Of a DNA stretch of 32,000 nt, positions 26,947 to 32,000 are shown one piece after another (position 1 is the first letter of the stretch; each line of letters starts with the position of its first letter). Under the pieces are notes generated by a model. The model had not been told where the DNA came from. It made no database searches and saw only the letters and a program-made list of their open reading frames with translations. Source of the stretch: Candidatus Saccharimonadota bacterium (GTDB taxonomy: Archaea > Nanobdellota > Nanobdellia > Pacearchaeales > GW2011-AR1); the NCBI GenBank assembly GCA_026002795.1, contig BPGA01000001.1:480001-512000 (forward strand), in the 5' to 3' direction. A program made the position numbers and the translations under genes.

Positions 26947-27225
26947 ATGGGAAAGCTTAAAACACCAGAATGGATATTAGAAGGTTTTGATAGTAAAGAA
27001 GAATGGGAAAAAGCAAAAGGAATAAAAAGCAAAGGAAAACAAAAAGGAACTTTTAATTTAAGGTGTTGCCCAAAATGCGGAAGCTTTGAAGTTTGTGTAG
27101 TTTTAGTAGGTGAAGAAGGAAAAAAAGCTGACTTATGGGAATGTAAAAAGTGTAAATGGAAAGGAAAAAATATAGAAGAAAAATCTCTTTCAGAAGAAGA
27201 TTATTTAAAAGAACTTGAAAAATAA
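26947..27225 (+). CDS. zinc-ribbon protein (92 aa) between gyrB and gyrA
   Basis: CPKCGS…(20 aa)…CKKCKW forms a CxxC…CxxC zinc ribbon, flanked by Lys/Glu-rich tails. Lies 23 nt after gyrB and 7 nt before gyrA, on the same strand. Confidence 0.65.
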   Translation: MGKLKTPEWILEGFDSKEEWEKAKGIKSKGKQKGTFNLRCCPKCGSFEVCVVLVGEEGKKADLWECKKCKWKGKNIEEKSLSEEDYLKELEK

Positions 27226-27232
27226 TTGAAAA

Positions 27233-29653
27233 ATGAAAGACGAAAATAACAAACAAATTATCAATACTGAAATCTCAGAAGAGATGAAAAAATCTTATTT
27301 AGATTATGCTATGTCTGTTATCGTTTCGAGAGCTCTTCCTTCTGTTGAAGATGGATTAAAACCAGTTCAAAGAAGAATTCTTTATTCAATGTATTTAATG
27401 GGTTTAAAGCCAGGAAGCCAGACAAAAAAATCAGCGAGAATAGTTGGAGATGTTTTAGGAAAATTTCATCCCCATGGTGATGTTGCAGTATATGATGCTC
27501 TCGTGAGAATGGCTCAGAACTTTAGTTTAAGATACCCCCTTATTTTTGGCCAAGGAAATTTTGGAAGTATAGACGGAGATCCTCCTGCTGCTATGAGATA
27601 TACAGAAGCAAAACTTATGCCGATATCTTCAGAGTTATTGCAAGATATAGAAAAAGAAACAGTAAATTTTGTTCCTAATTTTGATAATTCATTAAAAGAA
27701 CCAGAGCTTCTTCCAGGAAAAATACCTAATTTAATTATAAATGGCGCATCTGGAATTGCTGTAGGTATGGCTACAAACATACCACCACACAATATTAGAG
27801 AGGTTTGTGATGCTATAATTGCATACATAAAAGACCCTGAAATTCCAGTTCAAAAAATTCTTGAGATTCTTCCAGGCCCCGACTTTCCTACTGGAGGTTA
27901 TGTTTCTGGCGAAATAGAAAAGATTTACAAAGAAGGAAAAGGAAAACTTATAATTAGAGGAAAAGCATCAACAGAAAAAATAAAGAATAAAGAAGCAATT
28001 GTTATAACAGAGATTCCTTATATGTTAAACAAATCAGATCTTTTAACACAAATTGCTGATCTAGTTCAGAAAAAAAAGATTAATGATATTTATGATATAA
28101 GAGACGAAAGTTCAAAAGGAAAGATTAGGATTGTTTTGGAATTAAGAAAAGATTCAAATCCAAAATTTGTCATAAATTATCTCTATAAATACACAAGACT
28201 TCAAGACTCTTTTAACGTTAACTTTTTGGCACTTGTTAATGGCCAGCCAAGAGTTCTGAACATTAAAGATTATTTTAAAGAATATGTAGAGTATAGAAAA
28301 AAAATAATTACAAAAAGAACAAGATTTGAATTGAAAAAATCAGAGGAAAGAATTGAAATTGTTAAAGGCCTTTTAATTGCTTTAAACAACATAGACAAAA
28401 TTATCTCTTTAATCAAAAAATCTAAAAACACAAATGAGGCTTCTGAATCTTTAATAAAGATTTTTAGTTTAACCAAAAAACAAGCATCTGCGATACTTGA
28501 AATGAGACTTCAACAATTAACTTCTCTAGAAAAAGAAAAACTTGAAAAAGAAAAGAAAGAACTCGAAAACAAAATTTTAGAATTCAAAAAAATACTTTCT
28601 GATGTTTCTGAAATTTTAAAAATAATTGTTAAAGAATTGAATGAAATAAAAAATAAATATGGTGATGAAAGAAAAACACAAGTAATAAGCAAAATTTCTG
28701 AAATATCAGAAAAAGACATTATTCAAAAAAAGGAAGTGATAATTATGATAACAGACAAAGGTTATTGCAAAAGAATGGATTTAAAAACATATAAAGAACA
28801 GAAAAGAGGTGGTAAAGGAATTATTGGTAGTGATCTTACGACAGGAGATTTTGTTAAAGAGGTTATTGTTTGTTCTACACACGACTATCTTCTATTTTTT
28901 ACAAACCATGGAAGGGTTTTATGGTTGAAAGCCTATAATGTTCCTGCAGCTGAAAGATATAGCAAAGGAAAAGCGTTAGTTAATCTACTTAACCTGAAAG
29001 AAGAGAGTATAACAAGCGTTATTCCTGTTAAAAGTTTTGACGATTTCTTGTTTATGGCAACGAAAAAAGGAATTGTAAAGAAAATTTCATTAAAACATTT
29101 TTCAAAACCAAGAGCTAGCGGAGTTAGGGCAATAACTCTTCCTTCTGATAATTCAGATTTTCTTATAGGGGTTGAAGTAGTTCATCCAAAAGAAGAAATC
29201 TTATTAGCAACTAAAAATGGTATTGCAATAAGATTTAATTCAGATGAGGTAAGAGATATGAGCAGAAATAGTTATGGAATAACAGGAATAAAACTTGAGG
29301 AAAATGATGAGGTTAGAAGTCTCGAAGTTCTTAGAGATGATACAATTCTTACAATTACAAAAAACGGATATGGAAAAAGAACTCTTGTTTCAGACTATAG
29401 AAAAACTTCTAGAGCTGGTAAAGGTGTTATAAATTTAAAAGTAACTCAAAAAACAGGAGAGGTTGTAAAAACAGCCTCAGTAAATGAAAAAGATTCTATA
29501 ATTATAACAACTGCAAAAGGACTTGTTTTTAGAACAGCTGCAAAAAATGTAAAAGTTATAGGAAGAGCTACGCAAGGAGTTAGAATTCTAAAGCTTCATC
29601 AAGGAGATTTTGTAACAGATTTAATTAGAGTTAAAGAAAATACTGAAGAGTAA
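27233..29653 (+). CDS. gyrA: DNA gyrase subunit A
   Basis: 806 aa. Typical N-terminus with [17 protein letters not shown], the active-site region [10 protein letters not shown], and C-terminal beta-pinwheel repeats. Confidence 0.97.
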   Translation: MKDENNKQIINTEISEEMKKSYLDYAMSVIVSRALPSVEDGLKPVQRRILYSMYLMGLKPGSQTKKSARIVGDVLGKFHPHGDVAVYDALVRMAQNFSLRYPLIFGQGNFGSIDGDPPAAMRYTEAKLMPISSELLQDIEKETVNFVPNFDNSLKEPELLPGKIPNLIINGASGIAVGMATNIPPHNIREVCDAIIAYIKDPEIPVQKILEILPGPDFPTGGYVSGEIEKIYKEGKGKLIIRGKASTEKIKNKEAIVITEIPYMLNKSDLLTQIADLVQKKKINDIYDIRDESSKGKIRIVLELRKDSNPKFVINYLYKYTRLQDSFNVNFLALVNGQPRVLNIKDYFKEYVEYRKKIITKRTRFELKKSEERIEIVKGLLIALNNIDKIISLIKKSKNTNEASESLIKIFSLTKKQASAILEMRLQQLTSLEKEKLEKEKKELENKILEFKKILSDVSEILKIIVKELNEIKNKYGDERKTQVISKISEISEKDIIQKKEVIIMITDKGYCKRMDLKTYKEQKRGGKGIIGSDLTTGDFVKEVIVCSTHDYLLFFTNHGRVLWLKAYNVPAAERYSKGKALVNLLNLKEESITSVIPVKSFDDFLFMATKKGIVKKISLKHFSKPRASGVRAITLPSDNSDFLIGVEVVHPKEEILLATKNGIAIRFNSDEVRDMSRNSYGITGIKLEENDEVRSLEVLRDDTILTITKNGYGKRTLVSDYRKTSRAGKGVINLKVTQKTGEVVKTASVNEKDSIIITTAKGLVFRTAAKNVKVIGRATQGVRILKLHQGDFVTDLIRVKENTEE

Positions 29654-29721
29654 CTTTCGTGATTTTTTCTGTTATCAATTTATTAAGTTAAATTTAAATA
29701 CAAATAGGCTGTTTTTAATTT

Positions 29722-30999
29722 ATGATAGATTTAAAAGATTTGAGAGAAAGGCCTGAAGTTTACATAGAAAACATTAAGAAAAAAGGTCAAGACCCAAATA
29801 TTGTTTCTGAAACTTTAATTCTTGATAAAAAATGGAGAGAAGCAAAAAAAAGAGCTGATTATTTAAGAAAAAAAAGAAATGAAATTTCTCAAGAAATAAA
29901 CGAAGCAAAAAAACAAAAAAAAAGAATTGATGAATTGTTGAAAAAAGCTAAAGCATTGCCCAATCAAATAAGAGAAGCAGAAACAGAAGAAAAAGAAATT
30001 TTTACAGATTTGCAATCTTTTCTTTCTAAAATTCCTAATTTAATGCATAAAGATGTTCCTATTGGCAAATCCGAAAAAGACAACGTTGTTGTTAAAAATG
30101 TTGGGAAACCAAAAAAATTAAATTTTAATGTTAAAAACCATGTAGAAATTTCCGAATCTTTAAATTTAGTGGATTTTGACGCATCTGCAGAAGTTGCAGG
30201 AACCGGATTTTATTACCTTAAGGGAGATTTAGCTCTTTTAAACCAAGCACTTATTAAATTTACAATAGATTTTATGTTAAAAAAAGGCTATACGTATCTA
30301 GAGCCACCATTAATGATAAGAAAAAAAATTGCTATAGCTCAAGGAGATTTTGAGGCATTTAAAAATGCTCTTTATAAAATAGAAGGAGAGGATCTTTATT
30401 TAATTCCTACTGCAGAACATGCAATACTCGGAATGTTATCAAATAAACAAATTCCTGAAGAAAAACTTCCTTTAAGATTTTTTGGTTATAGTATGTGTTT
30501 TAGAAAAGAGATTGGAAGTCACGGAATTAATGAAAAAGGACTTTGGAGAACCCACCAGTTTAATAAAGTTGAGCAGTTTATATTTTGTAAGCCAGAAAAT
30601 AGCTGGGAATGTTATTCTGAATTAATGAAAAACTCTGAAGAAATTCTTAAAAAACTTAAACTTCCATATAGAATAATTGAAATTTGTAGCGCTGAGCTAG
30701 GAAATTGGAAAGCAAGAAGTCATGATTTTGAAGTTTGGAGGCCAACTCTGAAAACTTATGGAGAGGTTATGTCTTTAAGCAATTGTACTGATTATCAGTC
30801 AAGAGAGCTAAACATTAGAGGTATAAGAAAAAACGGAGAAAGGTTTTTTTTGCATACACTAAATAACACTGCACTTGCTACTTCTAGGATTATGGTTGCA
30901 ATATTAGAAAACTATCAAAAAAAAGACGGAAGTGTTGAAATTCCAGAAGCAATTAGAAAGTATATGAATGGAAAAAAGATAATTAAACCTTCAAACTAG
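29722..30999 (+). CDS. serS: seryl-tRNA synthetase
   Basis: 425 aa. N-terminal coiled-coil arm, class II motifs (…FRKEIGSHG…, …TLNNTALATSRIMVAILENYQ…). Confidence 0.96.
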   Translation: MIDLKDLRERPEVYIENIKKKGQDPNIVSETLILDKKWREAKKRADYLRKKRNEISQEINEAKKQKKRIDELLKKAKALPNQIREAETEEKEIFTDLQSFLSKIPNLMHKDVPIGKSEKDNVVVKNVGKPKKLNFNVKNHVEISESLNLVDFDASAEVAGTGFYYLKGDLALLNQALIKFTIDFMLKKGYTYLEPPLMIRKKIAIAQGDFEAFKNALYKIEGEDLYLIPTAEHAILGMLSNKQIPEEKLPLRFFGYSMCFRKEIGSHGINEKGLWRTHQFNKVEQFIFCKPENSWECYSELMKNSEEILKKLKLPYRIIEICSAELGNWKARSHDFEVWRPTLKTYGEVMSLSNCTDYQSRELNIRGIRKNGERFFLHTLNNTALATSRIMVAILENYQKKDGSVEIPEAIRKYMNGKKIIKPSN

Positions 31000-31001
31000 C
31001 T

Positions 31002-31301
31002 TTAATAATTTTTCTTGAGAAAAATTTTAAGTATTAAAAATGTGAATAAATAAGATAAAACAATACCAACAATTAGTACTATATAATTTATTGAGTATAC
31101 ATGAAAATTATAAGAAAAAAATAGCCACATTAAAACAGAGCCGTTTGAGCTTGAATTACAGGGCGCTTTAATACATCTAATTCCATTATCATAATTTATA
31201 AAAGGAATAAATACAATCAAAATTAAAAAAGAAAGAATTAGATGTGTTTTTGTAGGTTTTAAAAAAATATTTTTGAACATAATTAATAATTCAAAAAACA
31301 C
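31002..31301 (-). CDS. hypothetical multi-pass membrane protein
   Basis: Three hydrophobic segments. The track start at 31301 is a GTG; the ATG at 31280 (MFKNIFLK…) is more likely. No family recognised. Confidence 0.4.
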   Translation of the reverse strand: MFFELLIMFKNIFLKPTKTHLILSFLILIVFIPFINYDNGIRCIKAPCNSSSNGSVLMWLFFSYNFHVYSINYIVLIVGIVLSYLFTFLILKIFLKKNY

Positions 31302-31400
31302 AAATTTAAAAAAATTTTGAAAATAAAGAGTAAATTTTAAAAATAATTTTTTATTAATATTCTGTTGATAAAAGACCTGAAAAAAATTTCAAATTTTTAA

Positions 31401-31472
31401 GCCTCAATGGTCTAATGGCGATGACGCTAGCCTGTCGCGCTGGAGATCCGGGTTCGATTCCCGGTTGAGGCG
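31401..31472 (+). tRNA. tRNA-Asp (anticodon GUC)
   Basis: Hand-folded cloverleaf: GCCTCAA TG GTC TAATGGCGAT GAC G CTAGC CTGTCGC GCTGG AGAT CCGGG TTCGATT CCCGG TTGAGGC G. 72 nt, no intron, no encoded CCA. Confidence 0.93.
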
Positions 31473-31616
31473 TTTTATTAAAAAAACCTAAACTTAAATT
31501 ATATTCATTTCTTAGTTCAATAGACAACTTCTTAAATTTATACTAAAAATTAAAAAATTTAAGAAAACTAAAAAATGAAAAGAAAAGTTTAGAAAATAAA
31601 AATTGAAAAATAAAAA

Positions 31617-32000
31617 TTAAAAACTTCTACTTTGTGTTGTCTGGCAAAGTTGCTCATTTCCAGAAGCATCAATAAAGTAAGGTGTAAACTCTATTCTTGA
31701 TGCGTTCAACAAAGATGTCTGTAGTTTTGCAGATTTTGTTTCAAGCTGATTTATTTTACTTCCGAAATCAAGCACTCCTGTGCTAGTAGTTCCATTAAAC
31801 AAAACCACTTTTACTCCACCAATATCTCCTCCACCAGCACCTCTACGTAAAGTTACTGTATAGTTACCAGTTTCACCAGCAACAGGATTAACACTTACAA
31901 ACTCTAACTGAATTGCAGCGCATTGTGTTGTTATATCAATTTGCTCTGAACCTTGCTCAACAAGATTTCTAATAACCACCCAAATTATTCCAATTGCAAT
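31617..32000 (-). CDS. possible archaeal type IV pilin-like protein, 5'-truncated by the window edge
   Basis: The frame stays open upstream of the track's GTG (31979) to the window end: …IAIGIIWVVIRNLVEQGSEQ…. This looks like the tail of an N-terminal hydrophobic helix followed by a beta-rich, Gly-rich domain (RRGAGGGDIGGVKVV). Confidence 0.4.
   Translation of the reverse strand: MAIGIIWVVIRNLVEQGSEQIDITTQCAAIQLEFVSVNPVAGETGNYTVTLRRGAGGGDIGGVKVVLFNGTTSTGVLDFGSKINQLETKSAKLQTSLLNASRIEFTPYFIDASGNEQLCQTTQSRSF

Overview
This is a strongly AT-rich, tightly packed archaeal chromosome segment. The gene content is archaeal: aEF-1alpha, aEF-2, RpoH, L7Ae, S28e, L24e and Kae1. Several core proteins are shortened, which suggests a small-genome, DPANN-like archaeon; that is inference, since no search was run.

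Minus strand, 684-14458: the classic archaeal transcription/translation supercluster, rpoH-rpoB-[orf97]-rpoA-nusA-rps12-rps7-fusA ... tuf. It departs from the usual layout in five ways:
- an uncharacterised 97-aa gene is wedged between rpoB and rpoA
- rpoA is one unsplit A'+A'' gene
- no rpl30e lies between rpoA and nusA
- a divergent HxlR-regulator/LUD-domain pair is inserted between fusA and tuf
- no rps10 follows tuf

14.7-24.8 kb is a mixed region containing:
- tRNA-Lys(UUU) and a Cys-rich-repeat surface protein
- an Obg-family GTPase and an MBL hydrolase
- a LigD-PolDom-like AEP primase-polymerase, followed by an HExxH metallopeptidase and a DUF192 gene
- a 43-aa basic protein, absent from the ORF track, with a perfect Shine-Dalgarno
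- Kae1
- an rpl7ae-rps28e-[orf82]-rpl24e operon; rpl24e is absent from the ORF track, and a well-formed K-turn hairpin precedes rpl7ae

25-31 kb carries gyrB-[Zn-ribbon orf92]-gyrA and serS. These are followed by tRNA-Asp(GUC) and an edge-truncated pilin-like gene.

I found no CRISPR array, transposase, rRNA or intein. The most interesting signal is a recurring pattern: small unknown genes sit in translationally coupled positions inside three otherwise highly conserved operons (RNAP, the L7Ae r-protein operon, gyrase). All family calls come from motif recognition by eye; no database search was possible.
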